46,428 nt of DNA from an uncultured Bacilli bacterium (GCA_947589275.1 CANQAQ010000002.1:1-46428); one strand, 5' to 3'. Counted from the stretch's first letter, positions 18,901-27,898 are shown. The notes: generated by a model from the letters alone, not told the origin. Made by a program: numbers and translations.

Positions 18901-19894
18901 TAATATCTTCAAAATCTATTTTAAATGTTTTATTATATCCATCTGTAGTATTTATCTCTGAATAACCAATATTTGCATTTTTTCCATCATTATATGATGC
19001 TGGTAAATTAGGAATAGTAAACTTACTTTCATCATAATTTCCTCTATCTAAATATGATATATTACCAGTGCCTTCAGTATATCTAACATCTAAATTATAA
19101 CTTTTAGATGTAGGAACTTGAATACCCTTCATGCCTTTATTTTCATCACTTGGTACATATAATACTATACCTACAGGTATACCTGTTATACCTGTTGTTT
19201 TATCACTCTTTATTGTTCCAGCATATAATTTTGCTTCTAATTTATCTACTGCAGTTACTACAACTGCATCACTATCAGATAAAATATTTTTTATATTTTC
19301 TAAACTATCAGCTGATTTATCAGTAGACTCTCTTACTCTTATTATAGGTAATATATTAGTTCCACTTTTTGAATTTATATTTGAAAGAACAACATTAATA
19401 GTATTAGAATTTATTAATGATGCATCATTAAATTTTAATTCATAATGTTTATATTCTTTACCATCTACTGTAACGTTCTTTGGAACATATCCTTCTGGTG
19501 TTGATGATAACTCAGATGTTACATCAACATTTAAATTTTTAGGTATTAAAACATCTACTATTACATTCCTTGTAGTATCAGAACTTATATCATCATCTGA
19601 ATCTTCTTTAAATCCTAATTCATATTCTATATTGTATGTTATAGAATCAAAATTACGTACAACATGATTACTATCTGAACTATCATTACCGGGACTATCA
19701 TCTTTATCAAAATAACCATCTAAATTTCTAGTTCCATCTTCAATAGTAACATTTGTACTTTTTACTTTTATTTTATTTTCATATGGATCAACATTAGCGC
19801 TTACAAAAAAATATATTAAAAATGAAGCACCTAGTAGTAATATTATAGATATTGTTACTTTGTATTTATATATAAAGTTTTTAAATTTACTCAT
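15959..19894 (-). CDS. Giant N-terminally anchored surface protein (1311 aa) with an SdrD B-like domain
   Basis: The ATG at 19894 (MSKFKNF) follows GGAGG. There is an N-terminal TM/signal segment. Near the C-terminus SGYVFEDYDYDGFYN...TDKNGYYNFKGLQQGKYYIKY is an SdrD-B/CnaB-type motif. Its stop overlaps the SD of the downstream adhesin gene. Confidence 0.7.
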   Translation of the reverse strand: MSKFKNFIYKYKVTISIILLLGASFLIYFFVSANVDPYENKIKVKSTNVTIEDGTRNLDGYFDKDDSPGNDSSDSNHVVRNFDSITYNIEYELGFKEDSDDDISSDTTRNVIVDVLIPKNLNVDVTSELSSTPEGYVPKNVTVDGKEYKHYELKFNDASLINSNTINVVLSNINSKSGTNILPIIRVRESTDKSADSLENIKNILSDSDAVVVTAVDKLEAKLYAGTIKSDKTTGITGIPVGIVLYVPSDENKGMKGIQVPTSKSYNLDVRYTEGTGNISYLDRGNYDESKFTIPNLPASYNDGKNANIGYSEINTTDGYNKTFKIDFEDIKFNTNTVDLNLNVEDQESNIVTYVSSNVFAINSEKTVNEDATLEFKLENSTVQILDNYEPFVGDYLSKIDFISESNSEFTASSGIQYETPGEASYNYNEEFYIQDTITYGEKSGDVLNSGLTNYVKIDNSMVKLIDIGNIQDQTLEYYLRVTSSNEKQNTDTTSDIYNVSYGIGEWIPTNFKIKSGAPKYCPKSTTKLTKEQLMNYYGGPCIEEVENSIKWYDSIESAASEDENNRDKVIIFKYDFKEKYYPGTKTIIRLKARMISNPSNVGKTTQVVARGTTIDDDSLYYLSGIPRKSVSILDNDLNYIKTEYNSDTKEIVEGTNVPSGRYGNTILVTPFKVGLNDIEIRDKYDSLKNTIYSGITDPVSINITPVLYKSDMNATFTSATVTLYLPVELELSVEKQDKSLTYIGEETVNDRKYNKYQYTYSEDDIKYGTASVVDSLVVHAYIDISAADLTVSDVIASVDATMKPNIDATTIFSSINSIKSRTKSASITLRNTNVISTIGKMNSSVYFEKNGEMNYNMRAANLSGSSANLSLVKVIPYSEDAIGEGSEFSGNISVRLESTLPSGYEVYYTKENSKTILSNELNASSSNKWVKWSNYTTNTAGITAIKIVSTSPISNNGYFASKNGINIIMKTSENNEGDEYYNNFYVLYSGENANITPVASNITYASVYNRSISGYVFEDYDYDGFYNNSERRLSDIPVEVYKSTSSDGNYSDDDELIFESTTDKNGYYNFKGLQQGKYYIKYTYDCDKYTLTEKNKVDVNLGDTSQIDSDAQTSSGTCEAVSNMITLDNNYVNVRHIDMGLRIRQNFGVEIKKYITNVVVNSNRGTNSYDYDKQTKVKIDVKNLKNTSFRVTYEFEISNSKYFPGTIGTIIETIPEGMTFDSTLAANDGWYESDGHLYYTKLAQILILPDEKYYMTVVLDLKTDNGGTYVNFVAAQNLKVMNTTMSILDGIEILDYVKPSNNDNLNKEEE

Positions 19895-19971
19895 AACATA
19901 CCTCCGTACTATTATATACATTATTATTAAAACATTTTTTTTAGATAAAATCAATTAATAACGAAAAAAAA

Positions 19972-20637
19972 TTATGAATTGTTAGTCATAATTTTCTTAT
20001 TTTCCATTAAATTAATGATTTCAATAAGTTTTTTCATTTTTATATCATTATTTTTTATTATATTTACAAGCTTACTATAAATTTTTTCCTCATTATCTAA
20101 TTTTTCATTATATAGTTCGAAAAAAATATATCTTAACTTTGTATTTTCCTTATTATTATACATATTATTTATTCTATCATATACATATTTTTCATTATCT
20201 TCTTCTTCTCTAGTACAAAAGCTAACTTTACTTGACTTTTTGTCTTTTATTTTATAATCTATAATGCTATATTTCATTAATTTTACTACTTCAAGTACAT
20301 CTATTTCATCATCAATACTTAAATTACTTTTCATATAACTATTTCCATCAGAATCAAATTCAACCCCAATAGCATCTTCATCATATGCAAAAATACATGC
20401 ATATCTTATTAAACTAATTGATTCTTCCGTATAAACTTCTGTTTTATCAAAAATAGTTAGTAAGAAATCTTTATTTATAATAATATTATTATTTTTTATA
20501 TCATAAAATGTATCCATATCTACTTTATAAATAGGAATTTTAAGTATAAATTCAGGTGAATCTTCTTCCTTCCATTCATAAAATTCATATAAATTATTTT
20601 TATTTAAATTAAGGACTATATCATAAATATAATTCAT
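19972..20637 (-). CDS. Hypothetical cytoplasmic protein (221 aa)
   Basis: ORF overlapping the upstream small membrane gene by 17 nt. No signal peptide and no family recognised. Confidence 0.5.
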   Translation of the reverse strand: MNYIYDIVLNLNKNNLYEFYEWKEEDSPEFILKIPIYKVDMDTFYDIKNNNIIINKDFLLTIFDKTEVYTEESISLIRYACIFAYDEDAIGVEFDSDGNSYMKSNLSIDDEIDVLEVVKLMKYSIIDYKIKDKKSSKVSFCTREEEDNEKYVYDRINNMYNNKENTKLRYIFFELYNEKLDNEEKIYSKLVNIIKNNDIKMKKLIEIINLMENKKIMTNNS

Positions 20638-20845
20638 TTTTTCCTCCTTTTGTGAAAATGCTAATGCACATAATAATTATTCCAAATATTACATTTAAGC
20701 ATTCTATACGTCTACTTATAAATTTTACATATTCAAAAAAATTATACCCTAAAGACATTAAATTTAAATAAATAATTATATATGAAAATCCAATTACTGT
20801 AAGACCAAATCCAAATAAAAATAATAAAAATCTTAATGACAACAA
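20621..20845 (-). CDS. Hypothetical small membrane protein (74 aa, TTG start)
   Basis: Two predicted TM helices. TTG start with GGTGA 6 nt upstream. First gene of the minus-strand cluster running into the giant surface proteins. Confidence 0.45.
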   Translation of the reverse strand: MLSLRFLLFLFGFGLTVIGFSYIIIYLNLMSLGYNFFEYVKFISRRIECLNVIFGIIIMCISIFTKGGKNELYL

Positions 20846-20913
20846 ACATCACCTACATAATTTTATTTATTATTTAGTAAAAATATTATATAATTATAAT
20901 AAGAGGTGATAAA

Positions 20914-21714
20914 ATGTTATTATTAAAATATTTAATTTTAGGTATTATACAGGGGTTTACGGAACCACTTCCGATATCATCAAGTGGACATTTAAGAATA
21001 TTTAAAACCATATTTAATAGTGAAGTTTTAAGTGATATGAACTTTGAAATAATAGTTAATTTTGGATCACTTGTAGCAATATTAGTACTATATAGAAAAG
21101 AAATAATAAGTATTATAAAAGATTTCTTTATGTATATAAAAACTAAGGAAGATAAGTATAAAACTAATTATAAATATGCATGGTTAATTGTTATTGGTAC
21201 GATTCCAGCAGCAATTTTTGGTATATTAATTAAAGACTTAATTGAATCATATTTTACAACAAAATTAGTTGGATTAATGCTTATAATAACTGCATTACTT
21301 TTATATATTATAAAAGATATAAAGGGAAAAAAATCTAAAGAAGATATTACTATAATTGATGCAATTAAAATAGGTTTATTTCAAGTAATAGCATTATTAC
21401 CTGGAATTAGTAGAAGTGGCTCTACAGTTGTTGGTGGAATGATAAGTAATTTAAAAAGAGATACTGCATTAAATTATTCATTTATGCTATATATTCCAAT
21501 AAGTGTTGCTAGTATGTTTTTAGGAATTACTGATTTAATTAAAGCACCTAATTTAAATAGTTTAATGATACCATATATAGTTAGTATGATAGCTGCTGGA
21601 ATAGTTACATATTTTTCTGCAAAATTATTTATTAATATAATGAAAAAAGGTAAATTAATATACTTTTCTATATATTGCTTTATAGTAGGATTAATAACAT
21701 TTATATTATTTTAA
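20914..21714 (+). CDS. uppP: Undecaprenyl-diphosphate phosphatase
   Basis: ISSSGH and PGISRSG motifs in an 8-TM, 266-aa BacA/UppP architecture. Confidence 0.9.
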   Translation: MLLLKYLILGIIQGFTEPLPISSSGHLRIFKTIFNSEVLSDMNFEIIVNFGSLVAILVLYRKEIISIIKDFFMYIKTKEDKYKTNYKYAWLIVIGTIPAAIFGILIKDLIESYFTTKLVGLMLIITALLLYIIKDIKGKKSKEDITIIDAIKIGLFQVIALLPGISRSGSTVVGGMISNLKRDTALNYSFMLYIPISVASMFLGITDLIKAPNLNSLMIPYIVSMIAAGIVTYFSAKLFINIMKKGKLIYFSIYCFIVGLITFILF

Positions 21715-21736
21715 AAGGACAAAATTTTGTCCTTTT
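21713..21736. terminator. Bidirectional terminator between uppP and rmuC
   Basis: Perfect palindrome AAAAGGACAAAA/TTTTGTCCTTTT with a GGAC/GTCC core, flanked by A/T runs on both strands. Confidence 0.6.
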
Positions 21737-21737
21737 T

Positions 21738-22802
21738 TTATTCATCTATCTTATTTTCAAGTTCTACTTTGTTAATACTATCAAACCTTTTAGTAATTTT
21801 TTCAGTTGTTGTATGTATATCTTCAACATCTTTACTAACTGTTTGAATACTCCTTGATAATTTATCCCATCTTTCTTTATATCTTGAAAATTCAATTGAT
21901 AATTTTGATAATTCTTCACCAATTATTTTTGCATATTTATCTCTTTCTATATTTTTTATTATTACTTCAATAGTTGTTAAAGTACTCATTAATGTTGTAG
22001 GTGATGTTAACCATACTCTTTTTCTATAGGCATATTCAATTATATCACTATGATACGCATTAAGTTCTGCAAATATTGCCTCTGCAGGTAAAAACATAAT
22101 TGCCTGATTACTTGTTACACCATCTATAATATATTTATTAGCAATTGCATCTATATGTTTTTTTACATCTACTTTAAATAATTTAGATGCATTCTCCCTT
22201 TCTTGATTACTATATTTCTTATCTACCATTATTCTATAATTTTCAAGTGGAAATTTAGAATCTATTGCAACTATACCTAATGGTTCTGGTGCAAAAAGTA
22301 CTGCATCTGCTATTGTTCCATTATTAAATGTATATTGAAGTTTATATATTTTATCATTATTTTCACCAAATACACTAGAAAGAATGTGACTTAAATTAAC
22401 CTCCCCATATATACCTCTACTCTTCTTATCAGTTAATATACCTTGTAGTGATACAATGTCACTAGATAAATTATCTATTTTCTTTTGTGCTTCATCTATT
22501 TTACTTAGTCTTTCAAGCACAGAGGTAAAGGTTTTATTAGTTTTCTCAAAATTTTCATCTAATCTTTCATTAACTTTGTCATTCATAAGATTAAGTCTAA
22601 GATCTATCCTTTCAGATAAAGAATTAAAATCTTCATTTATATTTCTATTTATATTACTTTTAAACTCACCAAGTTCTTTTGTAACATTAATTTCCATTTT
22701 ATTCATACTATCAGTAATATTTCTTTCATTTATATTTTTAAATAATGAAATAGTAACTAATATAACTAATAATACAAGTAATCCAACAATAATATACTCC
22801 AT
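21738..22802 (-). CDS. rmuC: DNA recombination protein RmuC
   Basis: N-terminal TM segment, long coiled coil, and a C-terminal nuclease-like core (DAVLFAPEPLGIVAIDSKFPLENY) typical of RmuC. Confidence 0.8.
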   Translation of the reverse strand: MEYIIVGLLVLLVILVTISLFKNINERNITDSMNKMEINVTKELGEFKSNINRNINEDFNSLSERIDLRLNLMNDKVNERLDENFEKTNKTFTSVLERLSKIDEAQKKIDNLSSDIVSLQGILTDKKSRGIYGEVNLSHILSSVFGENNDKIYKLQYTFNNGTIADAVLFAPEPLGIVAIDSKFPLENYRIMVDKKYSNQERENASKLFKVDVKKHIDAIANKYIIDGVTSNQAIMFLPAEAIFAELNAYHSDIIEYAYRKRVWLTSPTTLMSTLTTIEVIIKNIERDKYAKIIGEELSKLSIEFSRYKERWDKLSRSIQTVSKDVEDIHTTTEKITKRFDSINKVELENKIDE

Positions 22803-22818
22803 AATTTAATCCTTCCTA

Positions 22819-23385
22819 TTATTTTACAAATTTATTTACTATTTTACTTGCTATATAAGCTAAAATAATCATTACAATAATTTGCATAAGTGTATAAGGA
22901 TCAGTTATGCTTTCTAGTAAACTCTTCCCTATAAATCCCCAAAAATATACCATAGGTACTTTACCTATCATAAGTGCAGAAAAATACCTTTTTGGATCTA
23001 TTTCAGATAATCCAGCTCCTATGTTAATAGCAAAAGCAGGTGTAAATGGAACTGCTAATAAAATTACTAAGTTACTATATGATAATTTATTTATATACTT
23101 CTTAAATTTATTTATTTGTTTGTTATCTTTATATCTATTATCAAACTTTTTTCTTAATTTTCTACAAATAAAAAATGAAAGCATACAACCAATAACAGTC
23201 GCAATCCAAGAGATTAAAAATCCAAATAAAGGCCCAAATGATACAACATTAAGTGCTATAAAAACAGCAAGTGGAAGTATTGGAATTATAGATTCTAATA
23301 TTATAAGAAAAAATCCTGAAAAAATACCAAATCCGTTCATTAAATTAGTGATATAATTAATTGCTTCTGTTATATAGTATCCCAT
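22819..23385 (-). CDS. TVP38/TMEM64 (DedA-related) family membrane protein
   Basis: 188-aa polytopic membrane protein whose FGPLFGFLISWIATVIGCMLSFFICRKL segment resembles this family. Confidence 0.7.
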   Translation of the reverse strand: MGYYITEAINYITNLMNGFGIFSGFFLIILESIIPILPLAVFIALNVVSFGPLFGFLISWIATVIGCMLSFFICRKLRKKFDNRYKDNKQINKFKKYINKLSYSNLVILLAVPFTPAFAINIGAGLSEIDPKRYFSALMIGKVPMVYFWGFIGKSLLESITDPYTLMQIIVMIILAYIASKIVNKFVK

Positions 23386-23451
23386 ATTAATCCTCCTTTA
23401 ATATTATAACCTATTTTAATATAAAAAACAAAAAATATTATTAATAAATAA

Positions 23452-23475
23452 AAATTGAACAAATTTGTTCAATTT
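23452..23475 (-). terminator. Candidate terminator after ddl
   Basis: Palindrome AAATTGAACAAA/TTTGTTCAATTT abutting the ddl stop, followed by a T-rich tract on the minus strand. Confidence 0.45.
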
Positions 23476-24471
23476 TTAACTATCCATTGCATTATTAATT
23501 AAAATTGTTATTAAGTCAGTATAACTTATATTTTCACTTTCTATTAGCTTAGGATACATACTAATTTTTGTAAATCCCGGTATTGTATTAATTTCATTTA
23601 TATATATATTTTCATTTGTTTCATCATAAAAGAAATCTATTCTTGAATATCCTTTACATCCTAAACTCTTAAATATTTTACAAGCATATTCCTTTATTTT
23701 ATCTACAATATATATAGGTAAATCATCTGGAATAATAGTATATGATTCACTATTTACATATTTTGCTTCATAATCATAAAACAAATTACTAGACTTTATT
23801 TCACCGGGATTAGAACATATTAAACTATTATTATATTCTAAGATAGCACATTCTAATTCCCTACAAAAAATAAATTTTTCAATAATTACCTTACTATCAT
23901 ATTTATTTGCTTCCTTAATTGCTTTTTTTAATTGCCTTTTATTATCTACTTTACTAATACCAATTGATGACCCTCCATTAGATGGTTTAACTATCATTGG
24001 GAAATTAATACTATTAATAATATCTTCTAATTTATAGTTATCATTTATTACTAAATATGGCACTTGTTTTATTCCTAAACTATTAAATAAAATTTTGGAT
24101 TTTTCTTTATCCATTCCAATTGAACTTGATATAGTATCACAACCTACAAATTTTATATCAAATAACTCAAGCATACCTTGAAGTTTACCATCTTCACCAT
24201 ATGCTCCATGCATCATAGGAAAAACTACGTCAAACTTTTTTAAATAATTTACTATGTTATCTATTAATGATATATTTGAATCTAACCAGTTGCCATTTTC
24301 TAAATATGCTAAATTATCATCAAATTTATACCAATTATTATCAAAATCAATACCAGCTACCTCAAACTCAAATAAATTTTTATCAATATTTTCTATAATA
24401 CTTTTTGCAGATTTACAAGAAACATAATGTTCACTTGAATTTCCGCCAAATATAATTAAAACTTTTTTCAA
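23476..24471 (-). CDS. ddl: D-alanine--D-alanine ligase
   Basis: KVLIIFGGNSSEHYVS N-terminus and an ATP-grasp core ending in EINTIPGFT. 331 aa. Confidence 0.9.
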   Translation of the reverse strand: MKKVLIIFGGNSSEHYVSCKSAKSIIENIDKNLFEFEVAGIDFDNNWYKFDDNLAYLENGNWLDSNISLIDNIVNYLKKFDVVFPMMHGAYGEDGKLQGMLELFDIKFVGCDTISSSIGMDKEKSKILFNSLGIKQVPYLVINDNYKLEDIINSINFPMIVKPSNGGSSIGISKVDNKRQLKKAIKEANKYDSKVIIEKFIFCRELECAILEYNNSLICSNPGEIKSSNLFYDYEAKYVNSESYTIIPDDLPIYIVDKIKEYACKIFKSLGCKGYSRIDFFYDETNENIYINEINTIPGFTKISMYPKLIESENISYTDLITILINNAMDS

Positions 24472-24582
24472 AAAAACACCTCAATAGAATATATTATAAA
24501 AAATAAATAATATGTATAAAAACATAATTATAAATATGCTTAATTTATAAATAAAACAATACTATAAAGTATGATAGTTTTT

Positions 24583-24612
24583 ATAAAAAAAACTAATCCA
24601 AATTGGATTAGT
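24583..24612 (-). terminator. Intrinsic terminator downstream of tRNA-His
   Basis: On the minus strand, an ACTAATCCAA(T)TTGGATTAGT hairpin is followed by TTTTTTTTAT. Confidence 0.55.
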
Positions 24613-24651
24613 CATTTATCATACCCCGAAAAGTTCGGGTAAATTTAATAA

Positions 24652-24728
24652 TGGGGCGGTATAAGGGAATCGAACCCTTGCATACTAGTGCCACAAACTA
24701 GCGTGTTAACCACTTCACCAATGCCGCC
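24652..24728 (-). tRNA. tRNA-His (anticodon GUG), CCA encoded
   Basis: Cloverleaf folded by hand. It has the extra G(-1) opposite C73 that is diagnostic for tRNA-His, anticodon loop TTGTGGC, a GGGTTCGATTCCC T-arm, and one C:A mismatch in the acceptor stem. Confidence 0.9.
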
Positions 24729-24817
24729 ATAAAATTACTCTATTAATATATCATAATATTTTTTAAATAACAAGTCTATTTTATAAAAAATTGGACAAAT
24801 TAATAATGGTGATAACT

Positions 24818-26113
24818 ATGTTTACAAGTCATATTATTAAAGATGATATATTATATTTAAATATTGATATAAACTATGAATTTGGAAGTTTTAAAGGAAA
24901 GAAAAATAATATTATTAATGAAATAAAAGATTATATATCTAAAATGAAAATTAAATTAAAGAATGGTAAAATAATTCTTACTTGTAGTGGGGTTATTATT
25001 GGAAGTATAATATTAACTAACTTAAATAATCCTATTTCTGAAGAAAATATTAAATATGTTCCTAGTTTTAAATATAATATTACATATGTAACAAAACAAG
25101 AAAAAAATGAAATAGATAAAGAATCTAGTGTAGATATTAATGTAACTAATAATAGTTCTAATCAAGCTGAAAGTAATAAATTTAATTCTAATTATAGTAA
25201 TTCCAATGTTGTAAATAATAAATCAAACTCTAATTATAATAATAATTCTAATAATACAGAATCAAACAATCAAGTTAATAATTATGATAATTCAAATGAG
25301 TATAGTACAACTATTCCTAGTGGTCCAAGTGTTACAGTATATAGAAGTAATGGTTCAGTTATAACTATAGGTCTTGAAGAATATGTAATAGGTGTTGTTG
25401 CTGCGGAAATGCCTGCTTCTTTTAATATTGAGGCATTAAAAGCACAAAGTGTATTAGCTAGAACATACGCACTAAAAGCACAAAGTACTGGCAAAGCATT
25501 AACGGATACTGTAAGTACACAAGCCTACATTGATACAAACCAAATGAGATCTAATTGGGGTTCTAGTTTTGATACTTATTATAATAAAATTAAAAGTGCT
25601 GTAGAAAGTACTAATTTAGAATACTTATCTTATAATGGTACATATATAGAAGCTTTATATCATTCTACTAATAATGGTAAAACAGAATCATCTCTTGATG
25701 TTTTTGGAAATTATTATCCATATTTAGTTAGTGTTACATCTGATTATGATAAGGCTGCATCTAGTTACTTAAGAACCATATCAATGGACTTAAATACTAT
25801 ATCTTCTAAACTCGGTATTAGTATAACACCTGATTCTTTAATAGAAATAATAAGTTATACAGATGGAAATAATATTAAAGAAATTAATATATCAGGCTCT
25901 ACTTTTACCGGAAAACAAGTTAGAGAATTATTAGGACTTAGGAGTGCAGATTTTGATATATCTATTAATGGTAATACTGTGAGTATTACTACTAGGGGAT
26001 ATGGACATGGAGTTGGAATGAGTCAATATGGTGCAAATGGAATGGCAAATGCGGGATATAATTATCAAAGTATATTATCTCATTACTATCCTGGAACAAC
26101 ATTAAAAAAATAG
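24818..26113 (+). CDS. spoIID: Stage II sporulation protein D (SpoIID/LytB domain) with an N/S-rich linker
   Basis: EEYVIGVVAAEMP, EALKAQSVLARTYAL, HSTNNGKTE and GHGVGMSQYGA motifs. The ATG at 24818 follows GGTGA. The ORF-track start is an upstream TTG. Confidence 0.85.
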   Translation: MFTSHIIKDDILYLNIDINYEFGSFKGKKNNIINEIKDYISKMKIKLKNGKIILTCSGVIIGSIILTNLNNPISEENIKYVPSFKYNITYVTKQEKNEIDKESSVDINVTNNSSNQAESNKFNSNYSNSNVVNNKSNSNYNNNSNNTESNNQVNNYDNSNEYSTTIPSGPSVTVYRSNGSVITIGLEEYVIGVVAAEMPASFNIEALKAQSVLARTYALKAQSTGKALTDTVSTQAYIDTNQMRSNWGSSFDTYYNKIKSAVESTNLEYLSYNGTYIEALYHSTNNGKTESSLDVFGNYYPYLVSVTSDYDKAASSYLRTISMDLNTISSKLGISITPDSLIEIISYTDGNNIKEINISGSTFTGKQVRELLGLRSADFDISINGNTVSITTRGYGHGVGMSQYGANGMANAGYNYQSILSHYYPGTTLKK

Positions 26114-26127
26114 GCCAAGCCTATTTT
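26107..26127. terminator. Bidirectional terminator embedding both convergent stop codons
   Basis: AAAATAGGC-CAA-GCCTATTTT. The TAG of spoIID and the TAG of the minus-strand gene sit in the two arms of the stem. Confidence 0.6.
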
Positions 26128-26774
26128 AATTTAATTATTGAATACATAATAACAACACCAAGTATAATTGCAATTATGCTAAGTATAATTGCACTTGCAT
26201 TACCTTTTTCTCCAAGAGGTTCTGGTAATTCTTCTGGCATTACTTCTTTTTCTTCTTCATTATTAAGTGGTTTTGCAAGAATTTCTGGTTCTTCATTTAA
26301 TACGCTTACTTCATCATCCATAAATATTGAAGATTGATTGTCATTTAACTTAAATTCTTCTGGTTCCTTAAAAATTGTATCATCAAATTCATCATCTATC
26401 TCACTTGGTTTAACATCTGGTGTTATATCGTCTATATTTTCATCTAAATCTATATCATCTTGTTTACTTAGATATTGATTATATTTATCAGTCATTTCTT
26501 TCTTAAAATTTTCAATTTCTTGTTCTATAACCTCAAATGGTTTACTTAAATCATCATTTTCATATTTTTTAAGAAAGTCAATATATATTTCTTTTGTTAT
26601 TATTGGTATATTTTCTGATAAAGCATTTACTCTACTTATTATTTCTTTTCTACGCTCTTTTTTTAATTCAGCTTTATATCGTTCAAATAAAGCCTTTTTT
26701 TCATCTTCATTAACATCATTATTATTTAATATTTCTAATACTTTTTCATTATCATAATCTAATTCATGCATCAT
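26121..26774 (-). CDS. Hypothetical acidic tail-anchored protein (217 aa)
   Basis: Very D/E-rich with no domain recognised. C-terminal TM segment (ASAIILSIIAIILGVVIMYSIIKL). Confidence 0.55.
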   Translation of the reverse strand: MMHELDYDNEKVLEILNNNDVNEDEKKALFERYKAELKKERRKEIISRVNALSENIPIITKEIYIDFLKKYENDDLSKPFEVIEQEIENFKKEMTDKYNQYLSKQDDIDLDENIDDITPDVKPSEIDDEFDDTIFKEPEEFKLNDNQSSIFMDDEVSVLNEEPEILAKPLNNEEEKEVMPEELPEPLGEKGNASAIILSIIAIILGVVIMYSIIKLK

Positions 26775-26851
26775 ATTATCGAGCTCCTATCGTATATCAT
26801 TACTAGTTACACTCATTATAACATAAAATACCCTATATTTGTAAATAGTTT

Positions 26852-27898
26852 TTAACTATTTTTATTAATATTTATCATATCATATAGTGCTTCTAGTCTA
26901 GTATGTATTGCAACATCACTAAAATCAAAATTAGAATTTAAGTCCATTAAAATAACATTTTCATTATTACATAGGTTCTTAAGTATAATATCATCAATAT
27001 TATTAGATATATTTTTAAATGGTTTTATATGAATAATTGCAACACAACCATCATCAATTAATTTTTTTGCTTTTATAATATTATCTAGAAAATATGAATT
27101 TACTAGATATTTTTTATAATTCTTTATCTTTTTTATATATAACTTATTAAAAATTGGTATACTATAAAATCTATTTATTTCAATATTCATATTTGCAAAT
27201 TCTTTTTCAATATAATAATCTGATTTTTGATTAATAAATGGATAATTTTCGTTTATTAACCCAACTTTTATACATTTTTTTGGTTTATCAAGTGCTATAG
27301 ATTTAAATCTTGCAATATATTTTCTATACAAGTTAGATAAATCAATTATTCCTTTGGTATGTAAAAATTTTTTAGCCATAGAATTATTTAATCTATCGAA
27401 ATTTCCTTTATTAATTTCAAATCCAATATTTTTTGAAACATATATATTTATCTTATCAACATAAATCATCATAATATAATAAATAAAATAATTATATAAA
27501 TAAGTTAATAAATTCATTTTAGGATTTATTTTCTTTAATACTTTATAAATACTCTTTATTCTTGGAATATTATTATCAAATAAATTATAAATTTCAAATT
27601 TATACCCTAAATTAGTTAATATTTGTTTTTGAACTTCAGTATAATATTTTGACTCATATTCATTACTTATATTTATTAAAATATTAGATCCTTCATTTAA
27701 TGCATTAATAAAACATCCTAAATTATATTTAAATTCTAAACTAACAAAGTCTGGACTATATCTATTTCCAATTTCTATTATATCATTAGTTATAGTAGAA
27801 AAATCTTTAACTTCTTTTAATGATAAACGCTCAAATAGATACTTCAGGGGAATATCATAATTGCATATATTATGAATACTTATTATTTTTTCATTCAT
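26852..27898 (-). CDS. DUF2229-related protein, divergent second subunit (CoA-enzyme-activase-related)
   Basis: Overlaps the upstream DUF2229 gene by 8 nt. Its layout resembles the second half of activase-associated domains, but the usual Cys position reads SPDFVSLEFK. This is a weak call. Confidence 0.4.
   Translation of the reverse strand: MNEKIISIHNICNYDIPLKYLFERLSLKEVKDFSTITNDIIEIGNRYSPDFVSLEFKYNLGCFINALNEGSNILINISNEYESKYYTEVQKQILTNLGYKFEIYNLFDNNIPRIKSIYKVLKKINPKMNLLTYLYNYFIYYIMMIYVDKINIYVSKNIGFEINKGNFDRLNNSMAKKFLHTKGIIDLSNLYRKYIARFKSIALDKPKKCIKVGLINENYPFINQKSDYYIEKEFANMNIEINRFYSIPIFNKLYIKKIKNYKKYLVNSYFLDNIIKAKKLIDDGCVAIIHIKPFKNISNNIDDIILKNLCNNENVILMDLNSNFDFSDVAIHTRLEALYDMININKNS

Noticed and set aside
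19131-19445. 104-aa + strand ORF
   Set aside because: Antisense to the 1311-aa gene.
13337-19894. Canonical LPXTG motifs or pilin motifs (YPKN, E-box) that would indicate a sortase-assembled pilus
   Set aside because: I found no LPXTG or YPKN-like motif in either giant protein, and no class C sortase is nearby. Only the NISTG-type signal is noted.
19895-19954. 20-codon N-terminal extension of the giant protein
   Set aside because: GGAGG lies 7 nt upstream of the ATG at 19894. The extension has no SD, and its sequence (MILSKKNVLIIMYIIVRRYV) precedes the real signal/anchor segment.
21675-21857. 60-aa + strand ORF
   Set aside because: Reads through the uppP 3' end and the bidirectional terminator, then antisense to rmuC.
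22456-22809. 117-aa + strand ORF
   Set aside because: Antisense to rmuC, S/L/F-rich shadow frame.
22907-23356. 149-aa + strand ORF
   Set aside because: Antisense to the TVP38-family membrane gene, whose own frame gives a coherent polytopic membrane protein.
24621-24642. Second hairpin (CCCGAA-AAG-TTCGGG) just downstream of tRNA-His
   Set aside because: No T-run follows it on the minus strand. The better terminator is the hairpin at 24583..24612. It could still be a processing or stability element.
25282-25494. 70-aa - strand ORF
   Set aside because: Antisense to the conserved SpoIID domain.
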